Source of the DNA: a virus
Strand: one strand, 5' to 3'
IMG/VR virus record: IMGVR_UViG_3300031965_000007
Location: 27,793 to 91,792 of that record
Length of the DNA stretch: 64,000 nt
Shown here in pieces: positions 8,821 to 17,555 of this stretch. A model generated the notes under the pieces. The model did not search any database. It saw nothing but the letters and a program-made list of their open reading frames with translations, and was not told where the DNA came from. A program made the translations under genes and the position numbers. Position 1 is the first letter of the stretch. Each line of letters opens with the position of its first letter.

Positions 8821-9281
8821 AAGTGGTCTGTTCTATGCCAGGCTGCCCGAACGAGAAGGCGGCAACATGCTGGATCGAGAAATGCGCGCGGTCGTTGTGC
8901 CAAGAGCACTCAATGTCGCATGGCGTCATGGTCGTTTGCCCAGAACACATCTTCCGGATCAGGCAGGCAGCGAGTGACAGTTTGCTACCACCAGAAGACG
9001 AGGAAGAAGACGATGCGAAGGTCGTGCAGAACTGGACGCCGCAGCAGAGACGTCGTCTGCACGCACGGCTCGACAACATGCTCGAGAGCGGCGACCGCAT
9101 TTTCTTGATCGCCTTAGGGCGGAACAAAGACCACACCGAGATCATGCTCGAACGCATGATTGGCAGGTTCCAGCGAACAACGCCGATCGAGATGCTAGGC
9201 GCGTTGACCCGCGCCTTGCACGACTACCAGAAAGACCTCGACGCGGATTCTGTTGTGGAGGAGATTCCGGATGAAGACTGA
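8817..9281 (+). CDS. Zn-finger (B-box-like) hypothetical protein
   Basis: CSMPGC...C...C...LCQEH...CPEH. Confidence 0.7.
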   Translation: MKVVCSMPGCPNEKAATCWIEKCARSLCQEHSMSHGVMVVCPEHIFRIRQAASDSLLPPEDEEEDDAKVVQNWTPQQRRRLHARLDNMLESGDRIFLIALGRNKDHTEIMLERMIGRFQRTTPIEMLGALTRALHDYQKDLDADSVVEEIPDED

Positions 9282-10371
9282 TCAGCAGATGGAGCCAACA
9301 CTTCTCGACGCACTTGAGACGGCGCTCGGGTTGATCTCGAACGCGTTCGAAGGTGACTGGGAGAAGGCGCCTCCCAACTGGCGCGCTGCGGCTGAGAGAT
9401 GGCGAGACGACTTCATTCGTATCTGTCGCAACGAACCGAACACGGATAGGCTCGGCATCTTGCCGCTGTTCTTCGAAGGTGGGTCTTCGCTCATCTGTGC
9501 CAGCATTGGTGCAGCACCTACCGGCATGCCAGAGAACATCGCTCTGCAGCATACCGACGACAACGGGAAGAAGACGATCACCTTCTTCAAGCCTGTCGAG
9601 ACGAAGACCCAGTATGGTGGTATTCGGCGTTTCCGCGTGGTGCGCGCAGAGCAGACCGGGCAGATACCTAGAATGGTGGCTCAAGGCGTGGTCTTCAGCG
9701 ATGGCGCTGTCTCGCTCCACTGGTGCTCGGAGGTTCGATCGACAACAGCCTACGACAGCCTAGAGAACTTCGAGAAGATCCACTTGCACGACGGTACGAA
9801 CCTGGAGTGGGAGGACAGGATCTGTTTTTCGTGCGGAGCCACCTTCTTTCGCGATCAACCAACCACCAACAACTGGTGCAGTGCGTGTGGTGCGGATGGC
9901 GGTAAGGATCCGTACTACGGAACACGCCCCGACCCAAGTCTCGGTAGGTGGTCGAAGGCGATCACTCTCAACACCGTGCTAGAACAGAAGGAGACCAGTA
10001 TGAGCAAACCGCGAGAGATCACGCAGCACCACACGAATGAAGCGAACAAGCGAATCAAGATTCTCGCCGACGAGCGTGACTCAAACAACGGCTGCACTTC
10101 TCACCGCTACGACATGCTCATCGACGACACAGGCGAGATTGTCGAGCTGCCGTTTCAGCACGGGCCGATCGCAGAGGTTGGCGTCAATGGCGTGACCAAC
10201 GAAGCCCTGCTCGCCATTCTCATCGATCGCATGGAAGGATTCCAGACCTCGCCATTCGCATGCCTGGAGAATGGCGAAGCTCTGATCGCTCTGCAAGACG
10301 CGCTCGCGTGGCTCGAGCGTCGCACCAAGGCGCGTGAAGCGCGAGGCGTAGAAGGGACGCACACGGTATGA
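9271..10371 (+). CDS. multidomain fusion with C-terminal Tad1-like (Acb2/Tad1 family) anti-defence sponge domain; internal start at 10000
   Basis: FQHGPIAEVGVNGVTNEALLAILIDRMEGFQTSPFACLEN..AL..L..AL.WL.RR...R..RGVEGT matches the Tad1 consensus as I recall it; internal AAGGAG-ATG at 10000. Confidence 0.82.
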   Translation: MKTDQQMEPTLLDALETALGLISNAFEGDWEKAPPNWRAAAERWRDDFIRICRNEPNTDRLGILPLFFEGGSSLICASIGAAPTGMPENIALQHTDDNGKKTITFFKPVETKTQYGGIRRFRVVRAEQTGQIPRMVAQGVVFSDGAVSLHWCSEVRSTTAYDSLENFEKIHLHDGTNLEWEDRICFSCGATFFRDQPTTNNWCSACGADGGKDPYYGTRPDPSLGRWSKAITLNTVLEQKETSMSKPREITQHHTNEANKRIKILADERDSNNGCTSHRYDMLIDDTGEIVELPFQHGPIAEVGVNGVTNEALLAILIDRMEGFQTSPFACLENGEALIALQDALAWLERRTKAREARGVEGTHTV

Positions 10372-10925
10372 CAGCCGTGCACCGATACTTCATCGACTTC
10401 GAGTTCGCAGAGAACGGAGAGACGATCAAGCCCATCTCCTTCGCCTGCGTGCCCGAGCACAGGTACGGTGAGGATCCCGATCCTGACTTCTACTGCGTCT
10501 TCTCAGACGGCTGGCGCCCGGAGGACTGCAACGACTTCGTGCAGAAGCACGTACTGCCGCAGCTTCGTGCAGACCACACGAACACGGTGCCGCGACAGTT
10601 TGCTGCGTCGTACCTCGAGTCTGTTCTCCTGGACGCAGCTAACCGGCATGGCGCGAAGCTCGAGTTCTGGGGCTATTACTGCGCGTACGACTGGGTTGCG
10701 CTCGCGCAGCTCTTCGGCGAGATGATCAGCCTACCGACCGGCTTTCCTCAGCACTGCATGGACCTGAAGCAGGAGATGGAGAGGTTGGGTCTCACGCGAT
10801 CTGACTTGCCTGCGCAGGACACAGGCAACCACAATGCGCTCCACGATGCCATGTGGGTACGGGAAGCGTTTCGAATGCTGCAGGATCGGTACTATCCCGA
10901 GCCGCCTGCAAAGGAGTTACGATGA
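10368..10925 (+). CDS. DEDDh 3'-5' exo(ribo)nuclease, RNase AS / Rv2179c-like
   Basis: YFIDFEF (ExoI), FWGYYCAYDWV (ExoII), HNALHDA (ExoIII). Confidence 0.85.
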   Translation: MTAVHRYFIDFEFAENGETIKPISFACVPEHRYGEDPDPDFYCVFSDGWRPEDCNDFVQKHVLPQLRADHTNTVPRQFAASYLESVLLDAANRHGAKLEFWGYYCAYDWVALAQLFGEMISLPTGFPQHCMDLKQEMERLGLTRSDLPAQDTGNHNALHDAMWVREAFRMLQDRYYPEPPAKELR

Positions 10926-11242
10926 CCAGCCATGATCGAAGCATGACACCGCAGGATCTACTCACGACGCACTTCGGGCGACCGGCAGAACCTGCAACAC
11001 CACTTCCTCTTGATCTAGGTCCAGAGTCGGTCGACAAAAGGCAAGAGGCGGTTGAGCTGACACTTCGCGCTGCGGCAGAGATGGTGGACGCGGAGCTGCA
11101 GAGCGTCATCGAGCTGATCGAGAAAACGACTGCGCACGCGAAGCGGCTCGAAGACTACCGAGTCTACCTGATCAAGACGCGCCGAGGGCTGCCGGCAATC
11201 GCTGCTGCCTACGCTGCTGCCTACGACGCGAGCAGCGACTGA
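10922..11242 (+). CDS. hypothetical coiled-coil protein
   Basis: AAGGAG RBS; ATGA overlap. Confidence 0.65.
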   Translation: MTSHDRSMTPQDLLTTHFGRPAEPATPLPLDLGPESVDKRQEAVELTLRAAAEMVDAELQSVIELIEKTTAHAKRLEDYRVYLIKTRRGLPAIAAAYAAAYDASSD

Positions 11243-11577
11243 CGAATCCCTCTTGCCAGGCGCAAACTGTTTGGGCTACCTTCTGCGTGTGAGCTTGTTG
11301 GTGGCGTTCCTGGTTGTCGCATGGCTGCTGCTTTCGGCGGAGGCGCTGAGGGTGAGCACACCTGCCACCAGTCTGTACGACCCTGGCTTGCCAGTCTCTG
11401 CGTCGCCAGTCTCTGCGTCGCCTGACCCTTGGCGACGCAGGGGCGCTGACCTGAGCGCTAGCGTACCTTCTTCCAGATACCGCTTTGCCGCAGTGCCCTT
11501 CTTTCGACCCACGCCGGACAACCGCGCGCGGGTTGCGCCCGCTTCGCAGTGCTGAAAATCCCCGTGTTGCCCCGCAG

Positions 11578-11610
11578 CCCCGCACGACCACAAATCGTGC
11601 GGGGTTTTTT
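11578..11610 (+). terminator. rho-independent terminator
   Basis: CCCCGCACGA-ccacaaa-TCGTGCGGGG then TTTTTT. Confidence 0.85.
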
Positions 11611-11630
11611 CAATGCTCGAGGTGTGAAGC

Positions 11631-11822
11631 ATGCGCCACTGGATACGGAGCTGGCACGATGGTAAGACGCCTTGCGATCTCTCGCTACGAGATGCATCGT
11701 CGCTGATCGTTGCTGGCAGGGATCAACTACGCAAGGATACGCTGGATCACATCACGTGTGACACCTGCCGAGACGCCGCAGAGCGGTGTATGTTCTCGGT
11801 GGCGCCTTCGCCCAGAGAGTAG
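11631..11822 (+). CDS. small hypothetical protein (H...C...ITCDTC)
   Basis: GAGG RBS; Zn-binding-like motif. Confidence 0.5.
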   Translation: MRHWIRSWHDGKTPCDLSLRDASSLIVAGRDQLRKDTLDHITCDTCRDAAERCMFSVAPSPRE

Positions 11823-11878
11823 GCACTGCTGACTCACTTGTGGTACAACAGCCCGTCAGCAACCGCGGAACAGGACCT

Positions 11879-13567
11879 ATGAGTAGCGCGACTCACACGA
11901 ACATGGGCGCGGTGGGGTCGGCAGTGCCAGACCTTGCCGCAGGGATCGAAGGCGGATCGGGGCCTACCATGCCGATGACTGATCGGCAGCTAGAGCTGGA
12001 TCGGCTGTGGCGGTACTACCGCTGCGCCAACTACGAAGGGAGGAAGTACGACTGGAACGGCCAGCCTACTCTGCCGAAGATCGAGCACGAGGTCGTAGCA
12101 ACAGAAGGGTTCATGCCTGCCGGCTTCTACGACGCAGGTCAGACGGGCGACTTCCCGCTCAAGTTCCGCAGGCCGACTGCGCCGTTCTACCTAGCGAAAG
12201 TGATCGTGCGTCGCTTCACCTCCCTGCTCTTCAGCCAGAAGAAGCACCCGAAGATCGCAGCCGACGATCCGCTGACCGAGGACTGGCTGACGGGCTTTGC
12301 AGATGCCACGCGCTTGTGGGTGCAGATGGCGAAGGCACGCAACTACGGCGGAGCCATGGGCTCGTCTGGCCTCGGGTTCAAGATCGTCGAGTCTGTGCCG
12401 TACGTCGAGGTGCACGATCCTCGCTGGGTGAACGTCGACTTCGCTGACCGAGAAGAATTGATCGTGCGGTCCTTCGAGAAGAAGTACCAGTTTCCGAAGG
12501 AGGTGATCAACCCTCTCAACGGCGAGCGAGAGGAGCAGTGGTTCTGGTACCGTCGCGTGATCGACGAAGAACAGGACTCGGTTTGGAACGAAGTGCCTGT
12601 CGACAGCTCCACGTCAGAGGAGCCGCAGTGGGACGCGATCCCTCATCACACCGTGGCGCACAACTTCGGGTTCTGCCCAATCGTGTGGATACAGAACACA
12701 GCCATCGACGATGCAGTAGATGGTGATCCTGACTGCCACGGCATCTACGACACCATCGAAGCGATCGACGCTTTGTGGTCACAAGCCAATCGAGGCACCG
12801 TAGCGAACTGCGACCCTACCGTTGCGATCGTCAGCGACGCCGACTTTATGGGCATTCGCAAAGGCAGCGGCAACGCCTTGCAGGTCGAGAAGGGCGGCAG
12901 CGTCAACTACCTCGAGATGACTGGTGAGGGTGGCAAGGCTGCTGTCGAGCTAGCTGAAAAGCTTGAAGAGAAAGCACTGATCGTCGCGCGGTGCGTACTC
13001 GACACGAACTTCTCGGGGCCGGCCCGCACAGTCGAAGAGGTCGACAAGAACTACTCGAACATGATCGAGCAGTGCGACGAGCTTCGCGAGCAGTACGGCG
13101 AGCGAGGCGTCAAGCGCCTTCTCGCCATGGTGTTAAAGATCGCGCGTCAGTTCGACCGAACGTGGGTCGACACCACAGGCCCGCTGCCTACACTGGTACG
13201 CGGGCTGATCAAGCTCCCGAAGAAGCGCGAGACAGACGAAGCGACCGGTCAGTCTGTGTGGCTCCAGCGCCAGGTCGGTCTCGGAGAGCAGATCGAGCTG
13301 ACTTGGCCCAACTACTTCGAGCCGAGTCAAGAGGCGATCGGCGCTGCGGTCACAGCCGCTGGCCAAGCAAAGCAGTACGCGCTCGTAGATGCCGAGACGG
13401 CAACCAAGTTCGTTGCACCATTCTTCCAGATCGAAAACATCCGTGAGGTTGTTGAGAAGGCGAAGGCTGATCAGCAGTCTATGGCTGACGCATTCGCAGA
13501 GCAAGCAACGGCAGCGGGTCAGGGCGGTGTTCTGCCGCCACCTGTCGGCAAGAAGGCGTTTGGCTGA
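11879..13567 (+). CDS. portal protein
   Basis: ~560 aa, first large ORF after terL; HNFGFCPIVWIQN motif and IELTWPNYF C-terminal region typical of SPP1-like portals. Confidence 0.85.
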   Translation: MSSATHTNMGAVGSAVPDLAAGIEGGSGPTMPMTDRQLELDRLWRYYRCANYEGRKYDWNGQPTLPKIEHEVVATEGFMPAGFYDAGQTGDFPLKFRRPTAPFYLAKVIVRRFTSLLFSQKKHPKIAADDPLTEDWLTGFADATRLWVQMAKARNYGGAMGSSGLGFKIVESVPYVEVHDPRWVNVDFADREELIVRSFEKKYQFPKEVINPLNGEREEQWFWYRRVIDEEQDSVWNEVPVDSSTSEEPQWDAIPHHTVAHNFGFCPIVWIQNTAIDDAVDGDPDCHGIYDTIEAIDALWSQANRGTVANCDPTVAIVSDADFMGIRKGSGNALQVEKGGSVNYLEMTGEGGKAAVELAEKLEEKALIVARCVLDTNFSGPARTVEEVDKNYSNMIEQCDELREQYGERGVKRLLAMVLKIARQFDRTWVDTTGPLPTLVRGLIKLPKKRETDEATGQSVWLQRQVGLGEQIELTWPNYFEPSQEAIGAAVTAAGQAKQYALVDAETATKFVAPFFQIENIREVVEKAKADQQSMADAFAEQATAAGQGGVLPPPVGKKAFG

Positions 13568-13603
13568 CCACGTCGACAGTGATCGCCAGAGAAAGGATTG
13601 ACA

Positions 13604-13984
13604 ATGGCTGCAAAGAAAAAGAGCGCCTTCGCAACACCGTCTGCCATGGCGTTAGTTACGGTGCAAAAGCTAGGCAAGGAGCGCGTTGCACACCGCAAGG
13701 CTGCTTATGACTCTGCGATCAAGTCAGGTAAGAGTCGCATCGAGGCGGATGCGCATGCCAACAAGGCTGCAAAAAAGTTCGCAGCATCCCAACCAGGCCG
13801 AGCGGCCGCTGAGTCACACGCGCGCACTTTGAACAAGCCGCAGCGCGACTCAGGCAAGGCCATCAAAGAAGATCAACAGCCGAAAAAGCAGGCGCAAGAG
13901 CCTGGTCCGCTCTTGAAGGGAAAGAAAGGCGGCACCTTCCGCATTTCTGGATCAGGGCGCAAGGTTTACGCGAAGAAGCACTGA
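13604..13984 (+). CDS. highly basic protein with C-terminal GKKGGxFxxSxSGxKVY motif
   Basis: K/A-rich; motif shared with next ORF. Confidence 0.75.
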   Translation: MAAKKKSAFATPSAMALVTVQKLGKERVAHRKAAYDSAIKSGKSRIEADAHANKAAKKFAASQPGRAAAESHARTLNKPQRDSGKAIKEDQQPKKQAQEPGPLLKGKKGGTFRISGSGRKVYAKKH

Positions 13985-13992
13985 GCCTGACC

Positions 13993-14976
13993 ATGGCAAA
14001 GAGCAAAAGCAAGAAAGGCCGAGGCACTCCCTACATCACTGTAGAGGAGGTTGGGCGGCGTGGATCAGGCCAGCAGCACGTGGTCGAGCACGCCTCGAAG
14101 AAGGCTGCCCACGCCTACGGCATGAAGCAGCGGCGAGCTGGCGCCACCATCTTCGCTCACTCCCAAAAGACCGCAGCAGAGTTCGGCCTTGATCCGCGTA
14201 AGACGCCGGCGTCAGCTGGTCCGCACAACCTTCGCAAGCCGCCTGTCGCAGCGGTCAAGCCGCAGAAAGAGGCGCTGGCCAAGAAGGTCCGAACGCTCAA
14301 GGAAGCGCTGAGGGACACCAAGGCCGCCAAGGTCGAGGAAGGTCTGCACCGGTTGGCAAGCCGTGGAGGTGGCGACTCGAGTAGCCGCCCCAACTTGAGG
14401 GTGCTGCAAGGGGGCAAGGCTACCCCGAAAGCTGCCCCAGCCACCGCAGCGCCGGCACACAGGGCGCAACCCGCCACTAAAACACCCCCGCGCCCTGCGC
14501 ACGCGCCCCGCAGCGCCCCGGAAGCGCGTCCCAGCGGGGGGAGTAGCACCCCTGCCCCTTTGCGGGGCGCACAAGGCGCCCACACGGTTGCCACGGCAGC
14601 CCGCGCTCTGACGTCTTCGGCAGCAACGCATGCCCGCATCGAGAGAACGAAGGAGCGCATGCGGCAGAGCGACCCGAAGGAAGCGGTGCGCGAACGCATG
14701 AAGCGCGCTTCCATGGCTGCCCGAGCAATCGATCCGCCAGATCAGAAGACCGCAGCCAAGCACCGCATCGCTGCCACGCGAGCGCGACTTGCCGGAAAGC
14801 ATGCAGAAGCAGACAAGCATCATGCTAAGTCCCGCGGCGTAGCACCTGCGCCAGTCAGGAAACCGAGCTTGGCATCGAGCGTGTTGGATGCCGTCACAGG
14901 CCCGATCATGAAGGGCAAGAAGGGCGGATCGTTTCGGATGTCCAAGTCAGGTCAAAAGGTCTATGTCAAGAAGTGA
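13993..14976 (+). CDS. highly basic K/A/R/P-rich protein with the same C-terminal motif
   Basis: histone-H1-like composition; GPIMKGKKGGSFRMSKSGQKVYVKK. Confidence 0.75.
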   Translation: MAKSKSKKGRGTPYITVEEVGRRGSGQQHVVEHASKKAAHAYGMKQRRAGATIFAHSQKTAAEFGLDPRKTPASAGPHNLRKPPVAAVKPQKEALAKKVRTLKEALRDTKAAKVEEGLHRLASRGGGDSSSRPNLRVLQGGKATPKAAPATAAPAHRAQPATKTPPRPAHAPRSAPEARPSGGSSTPAPLRGAQGAHTVATAARALTSSAATHARIERTKERMRQSDPKEAVRERMKRASMAARAIDPPDQKTAAKHRIAATRARLAGKHAEADKHHAKSRGVAPAPVRKPSLASSVLDAVTGPIMKGKKGGSFRMSKSGQKVYVKK

Positions 14977-14984
14977 GGTCAGCC

Positions 14985-15209
14985 ATGGTCAGAGCCAAGT
15001 TCAAGTGTGATGCGATCAAGAAGCGCGACGATGTTGAAGGCGCAGAGATCTACATGATCCCAGTCGTCGGCGGAAGCGAGGAGAACGATCAGTTCTTCAA
15101 GTACACACCGTGGGGGTCGTTCCACATGGGCGTCGTCAGCACCGACACCGCGTCGCTGTTCGAGGTAGGCAAGGAATACTACCTCGACTTCACGCCTGTG
15201 AAGGAGTGA
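14985..15209 (+). CDS. conserved small phage protein
   Basis: VRAKF.C...EN..FF.YTP.G...F..GKEYY.DFT, a widespread phage family of unknown function. Confidence 0.8.
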   Translation: MVRAKFKCDAIKKRDDVEGAEIYMIPVVGGSEENDQFFKYTPWGSFHMGVVSTDTASLFEVGKEYYLDFTPVKE

Positions 15210-15213
15210 GAGC

Positions 15214-15489
15214 GTGGCGATCTTTCAAACCACCATCGCGTCGCCTGCAGCCTACACGGCTGCCGACGCGCCTAACGTTGTGATCCCCTTCGAGCCGAGG
15301 CGCATCAAGATCGTTCTGTTCGACACAGGTGCCGGAAAGACGGTGGAGGTCAGCTTCGACGGCGTGAACGATCACGCCGCGCTGAGCTTCGACAACGACT
15401 TCCTCGTTTGCGACTTGCACCAGAACGTTCGCAACATCTGGGTGAAGGGCTCGAGCGCTGCGGTCGCGCAGATCATCGCAGAGCAGTAA
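15214..15489 (+). CDS. small beta-rich protein, possibly virion-associated
   Basis: AGGAG RBS, GTG start; VEVSFDGVNDH. Confidence 0.65.
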   Translation: MAIFQTTIASPAAYTAADAPNVVIPFEPRRIKIVLFDTGAGKTVEVSFDGVNDHAALSFDNDFLVCDLHQNVRNIWVKGSSAAVAQIIAEQ

Positions 15490-15494
15490 TCGGG

Positions 15495-15794
15495 ATGGAG
15501 TGCACGTTCTGCCAGATAGCCAAAGGGCACCGCGTCGCTGAGATCGTCCACAAGACAGATCGATTCGTTGTGTTCCAGCCGATCACGAAAGCGAGTGAGA
15601 AGCTCCTGATCGTGCCTGCCCTTCACGCTGAGTCTCTCGCCGACTTCCCTTTGCAAGAACTCGGCGAGTGGCTCAGCATCGCGCATCATGTCGCAGACAT
15701 CGTGAAGGCGCGAAGCTATCGAATGCAGATCAACGTCAACAACCAGTTCCAGAACGTGCGCCACATCTACATGCAGTTCAGCTATCAGAAGTGA
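15495..15794 (+). CDS. HIT-fold protein with degenerate histidine triad
   Basis: CTFCQI...LLIVPALH...YRMQIN...QNVRHIYMQF; HxHxH reduced to HxYxQ. Confidence 0.8.
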   Translation: MECTFCQIAKGHRVAEIVHKTDRFVVFQPITKASEKLLIVPALHAESLADFPLQELGEWLSIAHHVADIVKARSYRMQINVNNQFQNVRHIYMQFSYQK

Positions 15795-15800
15795 GAGCCT

Positions 15801-16271
15801 ATGCCGGGTGTGATCAGGATAGGTGGCAGGATCTACGCCGTTACGCGTGACTTCCGGAGTGAGTTCACACGAGCAGGCGATGCACGACCCTTGGCCACCA
15901 ACGAGCGCAACGACAACAATCCGAGCGACGGGACACCCATTGAGCCCGACTCCCCCGACTCACCGTTTCGAGTCGGCACGCCTTATCACGACGTGCACGA
16001 AGACGTGTGGTACAGGGTGGTCGCTCGGCTGAACATCGCTGAAGGCTGGGGTACTGCGGGTTTCTGGATCGCGCGCTGGGGTTGCTTTTACGGCGACGTC
16101 CTCAAGTTGGTGCGCATGGGCTGGCTCGATGCCGCTCTCGAGCACGGCAGCGCGGTGAAGAGGTTTCGGTGTCGTGATGAGATCCGCGTGCTGCGATGGA
16201 TGGAGGAGAACGCACCGCCTCCCTCACCTGCGCCTGTGCGGCGCAAGAAGGCTACCAAGAGGCGCACATGA
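15801..16271 (+). CDS. hypothetical protein
   Basis: ORF tiling; ATGA overlap. Confidence 0.65.
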   Translation: MPGVIRIGGRIYAVTRDFRSEFTRAGDARPLATNERNDNNPSDGTPIEPDSPDSPFRVGTPYHDVHEDVWYRVVARLNIAEGWGTAGFWIARWGCFYGDVLKLVRMGWLDAALEHGSAVKRFRCRDEIRVLRWMEENAPPPSPAPVRRKKATKRRT

Positions 16272-16714
16272 TCATCGCTATCGACTTTGACGACACGCTG
16301 GTGGAGCAGAACGAGGACTACCACGACCTTGAGACGCCCCTCGAGTTCAAGCCAGGTGCCAAGGAAGCAGTGCTCCAGCTGAAAGCAGCCGGACACACAC
16401 TGGTGCTCTTCAGTGCACGTGCCAACAAGGCACTGAGGCAGGATTGGGGTCTCAATCCGCTGTGGCGCAACGGTCTTGTGCCGTTCGACCGTTATAGGTG
16501 GGCAGCGTCGTTGGTGACGAACATCCGCAGGTACCAACAGATGCTCACTTTCATCGAAGCCGAGGTGCCCGGCGTCTTTGCTTACGTTGACGACGGCGAG
16601 CAAGGTAAGATTTCGGCTGACGTCTACATCGACGACAAGGCCTTACGCTACGGCCAGTCTGTTGGCTGGCCCAAGATTGCTGTAGCCTACGGTGAGCCAG
16701 AAGGAGGCGAGTAG
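16268..16714 (+). CDS. HAD-superfamily hydrolase
   Basis: motif I IAIDFDDTL, motif II LFSAR, motif III/IV K.SADVYIDDKA. Confidence 0.85.
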   Translation: MIIAIDFDDTLVEQNEDYHDLETPLEFKPGAKEAVLQLKAAGHTLVLFSARANKALRQDWGLNPLWRNGLVPFDRYRWAASLVTNIRRYQQMLTFIEAEVPGVFAYVDDGEQGKISADVYIDDKALRYGQSVGWPKIAVAYGEPEGGE

Positions 16715-17107
16715 ATGGGATCTCGACACAGACACATACGGAAGTTTGCGAACGGGCAGATGACGCCCGAGGAGTACCACAGCAAGTTCGCCTTCCCACC
16801 GCACGCCAAGTGCCAGGCTTGTCCGTCCAGGCCGATGACACGTGTGATCATCTTGATGGAGATGAAGGAGGCACGCAAGAATCCGCTCATCGATCAGTGG
16901 ATGCTTGTAGATCCGGCGTCGTTCATGTCCAACGTCGTGCAGATCAGGGGCAGCGACGGCAAGCCTACTCCCTACTGGCGCGTGTCGGTCGTGTACGCTT
17001 GCAAGGCTTGCACCCCTGCCCTCGAGAAGCAGGCAGCGAAGGCGCCTTCGCACTGCATCGTCGAGATCAACCACGGACCTGACCCAAAGAATAGGATCGT
17101 GGCATGA
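16715..17107 (+). CDS. Zn-binding hypothetical protein
   Basis: GGAGG RBS; CQAC...CKAC. Confidence 0.75.
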   Translation: MGSRHRHIRKFANGQMTPEEYHSKFAFPPHAKCQACPSRPMTRVIILMEMKEARKNPLIDQWMLVDPASFMSNVVQIRGSDGKPTPYWRVSVVYACKACTPALEKQAAKAPSHCIVEINHGPDPKNRIVA

Positions 17108-17256
17108 AGAAGGGCGACGATCTAAAAAGCCGCGTCGCCAACAAGCGCGTCGCCAACAAGCTCAAGAACATGCCTGGCGCGTTCAAACCTCCGAAGGCAC
17201 CGAAGGCCGTTCAAGCAACACCGACCAAGCAGAGTACAGCAGTCGATACCAGCTGA
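17104..17256 (+). CDS. small basic peptide (50 aa)
   Basis: not in ORF track; ATGA overlap; contains a 15-bp duplication (RVANK x2). Confidence 0.5.
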   Translation: MKKGDDLKSRVANKRVANKLKNMPGAFKPPKAPKAVQATPTKQSTAVDTS

Positions 17257-17302
17257 CGCCAAAACGCCGCACGACTTCTTCTGGTAGAAGTAGCGATCAA
17301 GC

Positions 17303-17488
17303 GTGGGGGCGAAGACCATGATGTTGCGCAGTAGGATGGTTCACGCACTCGTCCGGTGGGGAGGCGAGGAGCGCGCAGAGCTTGCAGAGAAGAACGACGG
17401 CGAGATCCGGTCTATGGTCGACGACCTGAAGATGCGGCTCGTAGTCGACGACCCTGCTCAAAGAGACGATTGCGATCGCGAAGACTGA
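17303..17488 (+). CDS. small hypothetical protein
   Basis: ORF track; fills gap; start uncertain. Confidence 0.4.
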   Translation: MGAKTMMLRSRMVHALVRWGGEERAELAEKNDGEIRSMVDDLKMRLVVDDPAQRDDCDRED

Positions 17489-17555
17489 CGTACCGTCTTG
17501 CTGCTCGGTAGGTCTGGGTGTACGGTGTGCGGATCGACGCACTGAGGAGACTCCT

